Below, piece by piece: positions 25,566 to 35,037 of a stretch of 64,000 bases of DNA. This DNA is from a virus (taxonomy: Duplodnaviria > Caudoviricetes). Position numbers and translations under genes: made by a program. The DNA is taken from positions 1-64,000 of the IMG/VR virus record IMGVR_UViG_3300011517_000006. The stretch is one strand, 5' to 3'. Numbering within the stretch: the first letter of the stretch is position 1; every line of letters begins with the position of its first letter. The notes below the pieces were generated by a model. The model was not told the origin of the DNA. It was given only the letters and a program-made list of their open reading frames with translations, and did not search any database.

Positions 25566-27212
25566 TCAGGCGGCGGTGCGCTGATCCAGGAAGGCCTGGT
25601 GCGCGGGATCTCGGCTGGTTGCGGCGGCGCGCTCCAGCGCCCCGCCCGGCATGGTCAGGCCCAACTCCTGGTACTTGGCCTGCTCTCGCGCCGTTTGCTC
25701 CAGCACCTCTTCCCAATCCTTGCCCTGATCGTCGCACTCGTCTTCCAGAGTGCTGACGTTGGCCTCGATGCGGGCGGAGGCCGCGTCGATTTCCTTGGTC
25801 GGATCGATGAAGCCCCGGCCGGGGCCGATGCAGTGGATCTGACAATAGGCGTCGACCGCGTCGTAGAAGTCCGGCGCGCCCTCGGGGATCTGGACGTAGC
25901 CCCTGTCAAAAGCCTCTTCGGCCCAGGCGACCACGAACGGCCTGACCAGCTGGTCTTCCATCAACCCCATCAAGGCGACGGTTTCGGCCCAGGCGTGGAC
26001 GAGGGCTGCGCGAGCAGACGAATAGTTCGTCTGCGAATAGTCCATCGACAGCTCTTCGTAGGTCACGCCCACCGATGCGGCGATCAGGCGCAGGATCGAA
26101 CGCACGAAGGCGTCGAAGCTGGCGACATCCTTCGACGCCGTCTGCAGTTGCAGTTCATCGCCGTACGGCAGGACCGGAATCTGGGCGCCGTTGGCCAGGT
26201 TGACCGGGTGTTCCTTGTAATGGTCCTGGCGCCAGGTCTCGAACTCCCTGACGTCTTTCGCCTCGAAACTCTCGCTGACGGCGCCCGGCCCGCCGTTCGA
26301 CTTCATGAAGGCGACGATGAGGGCATTGACCGTCGCGCTCTGCAGCGTGGCGTCCGTGAACCGGGACAGCGCGCGGAAGCTCTTCAGCGCGGCCGCGAAG
26401 CGGCTGACCCCGCGCGTCTGGCCGGCCCGTTCAGGCTCGAAGCAATGAAACACCTGCGGCCGGCCCCACTCGGTCCAGCGCTCGAACCTCTGCCAGCGGA
26501 ACTGGCCAGGCCCGCCGAAGTCGGACGGATGCCGCTCGCGGATATGATAGGCGTCGGCCGCGCCCCAGGCGTCGAACTCGACGCCGCCGCGCAGTTCGTC
26601 CCGATCCGGTCGGCCGTTCGGATTGCTCAGACGGTCAGGATCGACCAGACGAAGCCGCGTCTTGTACCGGGTCGCCTCGTCTTCCGCCCATTCGCCCAGC
26701 CCGAGCGCCTCGCCGTCGACCACGATGTGCGACGCCGCCAGGCGTAGTTGCTGGCCCCAGGTCAGCTTGCGCTCGGCGTCGGACGTAAAGGCGTGGCCAT
26801 AGCCGTAAAGCTGGAACTCTGTGCTCAGATCGGCCCCGAGCTGCCGCGCCGCTTCCCTGTCGATGCCGAGAGCGCGGGCGTTCGGCCTGAACTTGACCCG
26901 CCAGCCCTTGCCGACGGCCGCATTGACGCGGCGAGACCGCGCCGACGCGGCGACTGGATCGTTGCGCACCCGCTCTCGCACGCGCGCGGTGACGCGATCG
27001 CGGTTGGGCAGCCATTGCTTGTCGGCAGAGCCGAGTTGGGCCGGCCATTCGGCAAAGTAGGTGCCATGGCCGCTCGCCCCCTCATAGGAAGGGGACCCGC
27101 CCATGGCCGCCGTATCCGTCATCGCCACGGTGCGCGCGCGGGCGACCTCCAGGCGAGAGATCGACCGGCCCGAGGCGGACACCAAACCTGAGGGAGCGAA
27201 CGGCGTGCGCAT
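25566..27212 (-). CDS. Portal protein (lambda gpB family)
   Basis: RGVSRF, GVTYEELSMDYSQTNYSSARAAL and IDPTKEI motifs. Confidence 0.93.
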   Translation of the reverse strand: MRTPFAPSGLVSASGRSISRLEVARARTVAMTDTAAMGGSPSYEGASGHGTYFAEWPAQLGSADKQWLPNRDRVTARVRERVRNDPVAASARSRRVNAAVGKGWRVKFRPNARALGIDREAARQLGADLSTEFQLYGYGHAFTSDAERKLTWGQQLRLAASHIVVDGEALGLGEWAEDEATRYKTRLRLVDPDRLSNPNGRPDRDELRGGVEFDAWGAADAYHIRERHPSDFGGPGQFRWQRFERWTEWGRPQVFHCFEPERAGQTRGVSRFAAALKSFRALSRFTDATLQSATVNALIVAFMKSNGGPGAVSESFEAKDVREFETWRQDHYKEHPVNLANGAQIPVLPYGDELQLQTASKDVASFDAFVRSILRLIAASVGVTYEELSMDYSQTNYSSARAALVHAWAETVALMGLMEDQLVRPFVVAWAEEAFDRGYVQIPEGAPDFYDAVDAYCQIHCIGPGRGFIDPTKEIDAASARIEANVSTLEDECDDQGKDWEEVLEQTAREQAKYQELGLTMPGGALERAAATSRDPAHQAFLDQRTAA

Positions 27213-27220
27213 GGCGCGGC

Positions 27221-27805
27221 TCAGTCCTTGGCCTGCGCAGTCGCGCGGGCTTCCAGGGCTTCGAGGCGAGACTTGAGCGACGCCAGCTCTGCGGCGCTGC
27301 CATTGCCCGCCTCATCGAAGGCGGCGAAGCGCGCCTTCAGGGCCTCGTCAAGGCCTTCGAAGCGCTCATCAACTGCGGCAAGCGCCGTCTTGAGGGCCTC
27401 GTCAAGGCCTTCGAAGCGCTCATCAACTGCGGCAAGCGCCGTCTTGAGGGCCTCATCACGGGTTGCGCCAGCCTTCTCCTGACCGAAGAAGCGCTCATCG
27501 ATCAACGCAGCGAACTTATCGAACCGCTCGCCGATCCAGGCGTCATCGTAAGCGGCCGATCCGGGAACAGCGACGGGCACGAACGGCGTATTCACCGCCT
27601 CGTTGAACTGCTGGCGGGCGTTCAGGACGCCTTCGACCAGAGTGTCGGGCACGGGGCGGCTGGGAAAGCTCACCAGAGCGCGCATCGCGTCCAGCAGCAC
27701 GATCAATGCGGTCACGGCGGGCACGCCCGACAGGGAAATGCTCGCGTCGATGGGTTCCTGCGCCGGCGCGGGGGCGGGGGCGGGCGACTTGGGGGTGCGG
27801 CTCAT
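27221..27805 (-). CDS. Hypothetical coiled-coil protein between gpW and portal
   Basis: GAGGAGG SD; internal 18-aa tandem repeat. Confidence 0.7.
   Translation of the reverse strand: MSRTPKSPAPAPAPAQEPIDASISLSGVPAVTALIVLLDAMRALVSFPSRPVPDTLVEGVLNARQQFNEAVNTPFVPVAVPGSAAYDDAWIGERFDKFAALIDERFFGQEKAGATRDEALKTALAAVDERFEGLDEALKTALAAVDERFEGLDEALKARFAAFDEAGNGSAAELASLKSRLEALEARATAQAKD
27339..27446. repeat. Two perfect 54-bp tandem repeats (in frame)
   Basis: 27339-27392 equals 27393-27446; encodes ALKTALAAVDERFEGLDE twice. Confidence 0.92.
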
Positions 27806-27934
27806 GGTGGCCTCCTCGATGTGATGAAATCCGGGTGCGAAGGCGGCGCCGCCCCGACGTCGGCGATCGGGGATCGCGGGCAGCCGAGAGCCTCCCCGAA
27901 CCCGGGGCGGGAGGCCGGTTGACGGCGTAGATCG

Positions 27935-28165
27935 TTAGAGGCGGATGCTCAGCGCGCCGCGGCGGCGCAGCGGGGCGCCGTCTAGTCGCAGGGCCTTGGC
28001 CTCAAGATTGGCGATCTCGGTTTCCAGCCGCCCGATATCGCCCTTGGCGTACTTCACGGTCCGTCCGTTGCTGGTGATCTCGGCCACCTGACCGCCGGCG
28101 ATGATCTTGGCGTACGCCGCGCGGAAGGCGGCTAGCTGGGCGGTCTCTGCGGGCGTCAGCGCCAT
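27935..28165 (-). CDS. Head-tail adaptor (gpW family)
   Basis: 76 aa; GGQVAEITSNGRTVKY...L...I motif; directly after terL. Confidence 0.82.
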   Translation of the reverse strand: MALTPAETAQLAAFRAAYAKIIAGGQVAEITSNGRTVKYAKGDIGRLETEIANLEAKALRLDGAPLRRRGALSIRL

Positions 28166-30276
28166 TAGAAGCTCCATTTCTTCTTGGCCGCTGCGACCTC
28201 GGCCGAGCTGGCGGCGGGCGCAGACAGCGTTTCCGACTGACCGGCTGGCGGACGCTCCCACAGCGCCTCCAGGCCGGCCTTCTCGGCCTGTCTGCGACGC
28301 GCCAGCTCAAGCCAGTCCGGCTCGGCGCCCGAAACCCCGATGCCCAGAGAAGCGGCCAGCGCGCGGTTGTAGACCCACAGGTCCAGCTCCTCGTTGCGAC
28401 GGCGGACGCGAACCCAGGCCTCATCCTTCACGACCCCCGTCTTGCTGTCCTGGACCGAGACCAGAGCCTCGCCGGTCAGTTCCTCGAAGAAGTCCCGCTC
28501 GACCCACCCCGGCCAATGGGGGCGACGCGGCGCCCGAGCGCCCTTCTCCCCTTCCAGGCTCAGCGGAATCGCCTCGTTCATCAGCGTCCGCTTCAGATCC
28601 CAGGTCCCGACGCGCCAGGTCCGGCACGAAACCACTCGCCCTTCCGGCCCTTCCAACTTCTGTTTCGCGCCTCGGCGAAGCGGCATCCGTCCCCAGCCGT
28701 CAGCGCCGTCCAAGGCCTTCGATTTCCCGTGCGCCGAGCAGTAGGCATAGACGTGGAAGGTCCCGTAGCCGGAATCGACGCCCTGCACCTCAGTGGCGAC
28801 ATAGCCGCCGTCCTCATGCGGCCACCTCTTGCGCTCCAGCTGCGCCAGCTCGGCCCATATCTGCGGCTCCGACGGCCCGCCCTCGATCCGCCCCTTATCG
28901 ACGGGGACGTGCTCAGCATCGGGGCCCCAGGCGTAGGCCGTCCACTGGGCCCAGTCCCCGTTCAGGTCGACGGCGATGGTGACGATCTCGTAGCCCGACG
29001 GCACCACGCCCTTGGTGAACCGGCCGTCCCGACGTTCCAACAGCTTGTCGACATCGGCCTGCTGGACCGTGACTTCGTAAGCCTCGCCGAAGATCTGCTG
29101 ATGCAGGGCGATCTTCGCCTCTTCATCCGTCGCATCCCGGATCTGTTCGGCGATATAGGCCCAGTCCACGGCGTCGGACACGACCTGCCAGGCGTGGTAG
29201 CTGGGCTGTCGGCCCTCTGTCGGCCGTTCCCGCCAGGCCTCGTACTCGCTGACCGCGATGAAGGCGCCGGGCGCCGGATTATGAGGGTCCGCCGACGGGA
29301 AGGTCGGTATCCAGCCGCCGCGCACGCCGTGCGCAGGTTCGCGATACGGGTGACACGCCTCGACCATGGCACGCTTGTGCCGATGCTCTATCACGCCGCC
29401 GCATGACGGGCAGTTGAAGTGGGGCGTTTCGCCCTTCTCCACGCCCATCATCAGCTCGCGATCCAGTCGGATCAGCACCCCGCCGGGCAGCGACGAGCAA
29501 TGGGGACAGGGCAGGTACAGCCGGCGCTGGTCGCCGATGCGATAATCGGCCGTCACCGGGCAGCCGGTCAGTTCGCCTTCATTCTCCTCCGAACGACGAA
29601 CAAGCCCGGGCGTCGAGTTGTGGAAGGTCTTAGCGCCGGCCAGCTCCCACTGAAGCTGGCGGACCTTGATCTGCTTGTGCGGGTCGCCCCGATCCCCGAC
29701 CGACACGCTCCAGTTCGGCGTCTCTTCCTTCACCACCAGGCAGAATGTGACCATCTGCAGCGGCTTGGCGCTGGTCGTGCCGAAGAACTGTCCGTAACCG
29801 CCCGGGAAGCGTTTGTAGGTGTTGGTCGAGCCCTGCTCATCCCGCGAGGTCACCGCACGGATCTTGCGGCGCAGCTCGGGGGTGGCGTCGACAAGCGGTT
29901 GCCACTTCGTCCGGTTGTACTTGAGCGCCTCGTCGCCGCTAGGCAGGGCGACGCCCCACGGGCGAGCCACCACAGCCGAGTAGTAGAGCGTCGCTAGGAC
30001 GCCGATCGTCGTCTTCGCGATCTGGGCGGAACCGACGAAGGTGACCGTCCTAGCCGGATCATCGGGGTGAAGCCGGTCCAGCGGCTCGATCAGATACTCG
30101 AACCCATCCCACGATAATGGGCCTTCCCGCGTCGTGCCCGTCTCACCGGGGATGACGACGCGACCTTCGGCCCAGGCGCTGATCATCTGATCGGGGGCAG
30201 GCGTCACGGCCGTCGCCATGGCCATGACCAGCGACGCCGCCTGCCGCGCCAGCTCGGCGCTGCTGAACAGGCTCAT
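28165..30276 (-). CDS. terL: Terminase large subunit (GpA family)
   Basis: GSAQIAKT, STP, GDQRRLYLPCPHC, IAVD and RNEELD motifs. Confidence 0.93.
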   Translation of the reverse strand: MSLFSSAELARQAASLVMAMATAVTPAPDQMISAWAEGRVVIPGETGTTREGPLSWDGFEYLIEPLDRLHPDDPARTVTFVGSAQIAKTTIGVLATLYYSAVVARPWGVALPSGDEALKYNRTKWQPLVDATPELRRKIRAVTSRDEQGSTNTYKRFPGGYGQFFGTTSAKPLQMVTFCLVVKEETPNWSVSVGDRGDPHKQIKVRQLQWELAGAKTFHNSTPGLVRRSEENEGELTGCPVTADYRIGDQRRLYLPCPHCSSLPGGVLIRLDRELMMGVEKGETPHFNCPSCGGVIEHRHKRAMVEACHPYREPAHGVRGGWIPTFPSADPHNPAPGAFIAVSEYEAWRERPTEGRQPSYHAWQVVSDAVDWAYIAEQIRDATDEEAKIALHQQIFGEAYEVTVQQADVDKLLERRDGRFTKGVVPSGYEIVTIAVDLNGDWAQWTAYAWGPDAEHVPVDKGRIEGGPSEPQIWAELAQLERKRWPHEDGGYVATEVQGVDSGYGTFHVYAYCSAHGKSKALDGADGWGRMPLRRGAKQKLEGPEGRVVSCRTWRVGTWDLKRTLMNEAIPLSLEGEKGARAPRRPHWPGWVERDFFEELTGEALVSVQDSKTGVVKDEAWVRVRRRNEELDLWVYNRALAASLGIGVSGAEPDWLELARRRQAEKAGLEALWERPPAGQSETLSAPAASSAEVAAAKKKWSF

Positions 30277-30277
30277 G

Positions 30278-30853
30278 TCAGGCCGCCGCCAGCTCGTCTT
30301 CCGTGAAGCCGCCCGCCAGCTTGGTCAGCTCGGTCACAAGGTTGTTCAGCAGCTTCTGGTCAGCCTGTTTCAACACATGCTCGGCCTGGCGGACATCGCT
30401 CATGCCGGCCACCTCAGTGGCCAAGGTGCGACGCCGGCGCTCCAACGCCTGGGTGAAGGCGACGCCCATGGCCTCGACCGCCATCGTCACCGCCGCCTTC
30501 GACAGAAGCTCGCCCTTCCGCTCAGCCAGGTCGAGTTCCAGCTTTTCCTCTTCCAGCGCGCGCTTCCGCGATCCCGCCGGGCCCGCAGGCGCCGCCGACG
30601 GCGCTTCGACCACCTGACGACTGTCCTGCACCGAGAGGGATTCGCCGCGCGCCCGGATCAGGGCGTCGTAGTCGACCTCCTTAACGCGCCCCTGCGCGTC
30701 ACGTTTGACAGGCAGGTCCTCATTCCTCGCGATGAAGCGAGAGATCGATGATTTGTTGATCGGCCGACCGGCTTTGGCTTCCAGCGCCGCCGCCTCGCTG
30801 ACGCTGACCCAGCGCCGTGACGATCCGCCATCGAGCAGGAAGGGCTCTGTCAT
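30278..30853 (-). CDS. terS: Terminase small subunit (Nu1-like)
   Basis: N-terminal HTH-like segment; LELDLAERKGELL; immediately upstream of terL. Confidence 0.82.
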   Translation of the reverse strand: MTEPFLLDGGSSRRWVSVSEAAALEAKAGRPINKSSISRFIARNEDLPVKRDAQGRVKEVDYDALIRARGESLSVQDSRQVVEAPSAAPAGPAGSRKRALEEEKLELDLAERKGELLSKAAVTMAVEAMGVAFTQALERRRRTLATEVAGMSDVRQAEHVLKQADQKLLNNLVTELTKLAGGFTEDELAAA

Positions 30854-30859
30854 GCCGTT

Positions 30860-31005
30860 GCGCTCCCTGTTGCGTCAGCAACGCCCGTTGCACCCCTCGA
30901 AACATCGCTCACTAGGGAACGAAAACGCTCTGCCCCACCGTATAGGGCCAGAAATGGGGGGAAGGACCCAAAACACCCCTGCACGCCGCACAAGTCATTG
31001 AAAGA
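30860..31005. other. Probable cos/packaging region
   Basis: Non-coding stretch directly upstream of terS, the position of cos in lambda-type phages; exact cosN not determined. Confidence 0.3.
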
Positions 31006-31010
31006 CAATG

Positions 31011-31042
31011 AAAAACCCGCCCGAGCGGAGCCTTGGGCGGGT
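31011..31042 (-). terminator. Intrinsic terminator between the NusG paralog and the late operon
   Basis: Minus strand ACCCGCCCAAG-gctccg-CTCGGGCGGGT followed by TTTT. Confidence 0.75.
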
Positions 31043-31084
31043 GGGGCGGAACGGGCTGAGGCTGAATGGCTACCGCACTGCGCG

Positions 31085-31657
31085 TCAGTTCTCTGACGGC
31101 AGTGAAATGATCTGGCGCGAATCACGCCCTAGCAAGGTGAATACGACTGCGGCTCTGTCGCCGTCAACCATCTCATCAAAGACCAGATCATAGTCCGCCG
31201 TAGGACCGGTGAGGCGGATTTTGTCTCCCCGCTTATACCGACAGGCCCTTGCAGCGGCCTTTTCGTTGTCATTCCGAGCCCTCTGCAACACCACCAGACC
31301 GTTGACCTCGCGGGCCTTGGTTTCAGTGATGAAGCGGCTGGGGATCGGGCAGGGCCGGGCGGTCTCGCCGGTCCCGCGCATGATGACCTCCGTCACACCC
31401 ATGGTCGAGAACACAGCACGCCAGCGGTCCTGGTCGAGATCCATCTCGATGAACAGGTAGCGCGGGATCATCGGTCGAGGCGACGGTGCCTGACCATTCC
31501 GAACCCGGGCCCGGGCAGGAGGCGGCACCAGCGGCAGGTAGACGTTGAAGCCCTGCTGCTCCAGTTGATACCGGGCATGCCGTTCCTGATGGGCGTGGGT
31601 GACCACGACGTACCAGGCCTTGCCGGATTGAGCGGATTGAGCGTTCGACGCGGTCAC
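31085..31657 (-). CDS. NusG/RfaH-family transcription antiterminator
   Basis: NGN motifs WYVVVTH..QE, GFNVYLP, PMIPRYLFIE; KOW-like YKRGDKIRLTGP; GTG start inferred. Confidence 0.85.
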   Translation of the reverse strand: MTASNAQSAQSGKAWYVVVTHAHQERHARYQLEQQGFNVYLPLVPPPARARVRNGQAPSPRPMIPRYLFIEMDLDQDRWRAVFSTMGVTEVIMRGTGETARPCPIPSRFITETKAREVNGLVVLQRARNDNEKAAARACRYKRGDKIRLTGPTADYDLVFDEMVDGDRAAVVFTLLGRDSRQIISLPSEN

Positions 31658-31685
31658 TTCTGCAGCCCCTTCGATGCGGTTTCGG

Positions 31686-31935
31686 GCGTCCCACGGCGTA
31701 CCGGCTGAACGTCCCACTTATCTTTTTGAGAACACTCGATAAAAATAGAGACGGGACGCGCGGGACGGATGGGACGCACCTGTGGCGTCGTGCGCTCCCG
31801 CCTGTGCGCCCCCGCAGGAGGCCGGTACCGCGTCCCACGCGTCCCGGTGTCCCACACCCGCCTCAAAGGCCGATCATTCATGGCTTTCACCGTGGGACGC
31901 ATTGCGGGACGCACGGTCGCCGGACCCGTCCCAAA
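31686..31935. other. Candidate replication origin of prophage 1 (GGGAC repeats plus AT-rich segment)
   Basis: 11 GGGAC/GTCCC copies in about 250 bp around the AT-rich 31718-31750 segment, at the 3' end of the helicase gene. Confidence 0.55.
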
Positions 31936-33733
31936 CAGGCGGCTCGAACGCGGAAACCTCTGCAGGATCGGCCCCCAATCCGACCGGCCTCTCCAGCCAG
32001 GGGGTCAGGGGGACAGCCATGGCCCGGCTCTGGTGCATGCCGAAGCGCACCGGAGTAGGCAGCGCTCGCGGCGCATAGGCGTCGCCGAGGTCTGCCAGGT
32101 GCTCCAGCACCCCGCGCCAGTTGGCGTAGTGGGTTCCCGCCAGCGCCCGCGCGAGAGCGGGGTGGTTCGTAGAGATCACCAGCCATGGCCCGGGCCTGTC
32201 GTGACTGCCGTGACCGTTCTCGACCTTCAGGCCGAAGGTCTTCAACACCTTCTCATGGACGCCCGGGCTCTCCAGTTGCTCCTGGATCATCTCGCCGATG
32301 GTCAGGTGGCGATCCTTGGCGTGCTGGCCCGAGTTGATGGCCCATATCCGCGACAGACAGGCCTGCCCCGGATTCTGCGCGGCCGAGGTCTCCTCCCGGT
32401 TTCGGATCAGCGCCGACCACCTGGCCACCTCCTCCCGTGCCGTCTCGATCGTCAGCGCCTCATCGTGCAGCAGCAGCCTTCGCCCGGCGGCGAGCGCGGC
32501 GACCAGATCGGCTGCCCGGGGCGTCTGCCCGCTTTCCCCCAGCGCGGCCTTCAACAGACCTACGTCCGACCGGTATCGCTTGGCCTCGCGCACGGCGCGC
32601 GCCAGCAAGCGGGGGGACACCTCCCTTGCCCAGTCTATGGCTTCCTTCAGCGTTTCGTCGGCGCCGCCCTTGGCCTTGCCCAGCAGCCTCAACCGCACTT
32701 CGACCACCCGCGTGGCCATGGCGTCGCCCAGCTGCACCGGCAGGATGCTGGCCAGGTAGGCGGACCCCACGGCGGTCTGACCCGCAGTCCGTCCGCCCGT
32801 GTCGCCCTGACGCCGGGTCGATCCCTCGCCGGTCGACATGCGTCGCAGCACTTCCAACGCCTTCTCGACCGGCCCCTGCCCGTCCACGCTGGGCTCCGCC
32901 TCGTCCAGGTAGAGCGCCCGCGCCTCGCCGGACAAGCCGTTGCGCAGACCCGCCTCCGAGAAGCTGTCCAATAGATCCCCGGCGTTCGCGCTGCCTGCCG
33001 CCTGCAGCAGGCGCGACAACGTCGTCTTGCCGGCCCCTGCTCCGCCGCTCACGCTGGCGTGCGGCCTGAACGGCGGAATGGCGCCGAGCAGCGCGGTTCC
33101 CTGCCATCCGAACAGCGCGTCCGCCTCGCTGAGGCCATCGGGATCCCGAGGATCCAGCGGGGCGAAGTTCCACATGTTCATCAGCTCGCGCAGCTGCTCG
33201 CCCTCCGCGATGGTCGCGGGCTTGCCTGGCCTGGGGGCCGGGGGGCGCAGCAGCCACAAGGGACCGCGGTTGCGGGCGCCGTTCCTCAACGCCTCCGCCA
33301 CCGATTCCCAATCGTCATCGCCGAAGGGCCAACGGCCGACCGCGTCGCCGGCATGGACGACCGGACCGTCTATGGTCGACCACACCCCGTACCCACGCTG
33401 CGGCCGATCGCTGTCCCACCGGCCGGCCTTGCGGCATCGATCGACGAACCACTGGGCCGCCATGTCGCGCTGCAGCTTTCCATCGTTGTCGCGCCATTGG
33501 GCCAGGAACACCCGCCCCTCCAGGCTGACGAACAGGTCGGTCTTCAGCATGCCGGCGATCTTGGACGCCGGCTCGCGGCGCAACTCGCCCTCAGGCAGGG
33601 CGAAATGCACGTAACCGCCCTCGAACCCCAGCGGGATCACCGGACAGTCCTCGACCTTCGGCTCGATCCAGACGGCGCCGGACGCCGCCTCGCTGTCGGG
33701 ATCGGCGTCATCCATCACATAGGAATCGTTCAT
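31874..33733 (-). CDS. Phage replication P-loop ATPase/helicase
   Basis: Walker A GGAGAGKTT, Walker B LYLDEAE; coupled to the primase gene. Confidence 0.75.
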   Translation of the reverse strand: MNDSYVMDDADPDSEAASGAVWIEPKVEDCPVIPLGFEGGYVHFALPEGELRREPASKIAGMLKTDLFVSLEGRVFLAQWRDNDGKLQRDMAAQWFVDRCRKAGRWDSDRPQRGYGVWSTIDGPVVHAGDAVGRWPFGDDDWESVAEALRNGARNRGPLWLLRPPAPRPGKPATIAEGEQLRELMNMWNFAPLDPRDPDGLSEADALFGWQGTALLGAIPPFRPHASVSGGAGAGKTTLSRLLQAAGSANAGDLLDSFSEAGLRNGLSGEARALYLDEAEPSVDGQGPVEKALEVLRRMSTGEGSTRRQGDTGGRTAGQTAVGSAYLASILPVQLGDAMATRVVEVRLRLLGKAKGGADETLKEAIDWAREVSPRLLARAVREAKRYRSDVGLLKAALGESGQTPRAADLVAALAAGRRLLLHDEALTIETAREEVARWSALIRNREETSAAQNPGQACLSRIWAINSGQHAKDRHLTIGEMIQEQLESPGVHEKVLKTFGLKVENGHGSHDRPGPWLVISTNHPALARALAGTHYANWRGVLEHLADLGDAYAPRALPTPVRFGMHQSRAMAVPLTPWLERPVGLGADPAEVSAFEPPVWDGSGDRASRNASHGESHE

Positions 33734-35037
33734 GCGGACACGCCCCCGGCTACGCTCGCGGCGGCCTCGGCCGCCCTGATCACTTCGTTGAAATCCATGC
33801 CGATCGGCGGGCGCGAGACACGCACCTGCGTCGAACTTCCGGTGCTCAGGCGGCGGCTCCAGCTGGCCCGGGCCAAAGCGCCGCTCACGCGCGCCCGCTC
33901 GGCGCTGTCACGCACCGCCTCGATCATTCGCTTTTGCTGGCGCCCGCTACGTCCTTTGACCGTCACCGGGCTCATGTCGCCGTCGACGGCGATGTCGATC
34001 AGCCCCCACGGGTTCTCCGGATCCTCCGGCCAGGTGAAGCCGGGCCGCAAAGGATCCGCCCTGACCCGCCAGATGTCCCGTGCGCCATCCTTGTCGATGG
34101 CCTCGAAGCCGCTCAACCGATCCAGCGATCCCGCCGCAACCGCCCGAACCGGCCGGCTCAACGGCCCAGCCAGCATCATGGCCCGCGACGCCGCGTTCTC
34201 GACGCCCTCCGCCACCACGAGGGGGCCTGGGGCGTCCGGTCGCGTCAACCACAGCCCGCCCGGCAGCACATAGCCCTCGATGTCGCCATGCCGGTCCGGC
34301 CGGGGCGGCCCCGCCAGTCCGTCGCGACGCGCCAGCACGAAATGGCCCTGCGGCCCCAGCATCCGCTTCGCCGGCGACCGGTGCGTCTTCCCGCGCCCGT
34401 TGGGCGCCAGATAGGTGCAGTGCACGCCGCCGGTCGGACCCAGCTCCGTCATGACCAGAATGACCATCGCCGGCAGGAACACGCCCCGCTCCGGATGGCC
34501 GCTATGCCAGGTTCGCGGATTGAACCCGACCAGAGCCAGCATCCGCGCCGCGACGGGCCCCCGGATGCTCCGCGCCTCTTCCAGATAGACCTGCGCCAAC
34601 GACCCGGCCGCGGGCTCACGCTCGCGCCAGATCTTGCGCGCCATTTCCAACCGCCATGCGGCGTCGGCCAGCGCCTCGGCTTCGGCCTGTTTCGACGCCT
34701 GCGCACGCCGTGCGCGCGAAGCCTCGCTTTCGGGCTTCAACTCGCCGCCCATCAAACGGCGGGCCGCGTCGGCCATCGTCTCATCGCCGCCTGAGAACAG
34801 CCGATGCTCCAGATCGATCACATCGCCGCCGCGCGGGTCGCAGGAATAGCACTGCCAGCGCCGCCCATCGGCGGACACGCGGAACGGGGCTAGTTTGCTC
34901 TTGGCCCCGCATTCATTCAGGGGGCAGACGCCTCGATAGCCCTTGCCCGTCTTGCGCAGCTTGCACTTGGGCGCCCGGATCGCGATGTCCTCGCACCGGA
35001 CCGCCGCACGCGCCCTGTCGAACAGCTCGTCGCTCAT
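33730..35037 (-). CDS. DNA primase (CHC2 zinc finger plus toprim)
   Basis: GVCPL..C...WQCYSC..GGDVIDL; LVVAEGVE; IAVDGD. Confidence 0.85.
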   Translation of the reverse strand: MSDELFDRARAAVRCEDIAIRAPKCKLRKTGKGYRGVCPLNECGAKSKLAPFRVSADGRRWQCYSCDPRGGDVIDLEHRLFSGGDETMADAARRLMGGELKPESEASRARRAQASKQAEAEALADAAWRLEMARKIWREREPAAGSLAQVYLEEARSIRGPVAARMLALVGFNPRTWHSGHPERGVFLPAMVILVMTELGPTGGVHCTYLAPNGRGKTHRSPAKRMLGPQGHFVLARRDGLAGPPRPDRHGDIEGYVLPGGLWLTRPDAPGPLVVAEGVENAASRAMMLAGPLSRPVRAVAAGSLDRLSGFEAIDKDGARDIWRVRADPLRPGFTWPEDPENPWGLIDIAVDGDMSPVTVKGRSGRQQKRMIEAVRDSAERARVSGALARASWSRRLSTGSSTQVRVSRPPIGMDFNEVIRAAEAAASVAGGVSA

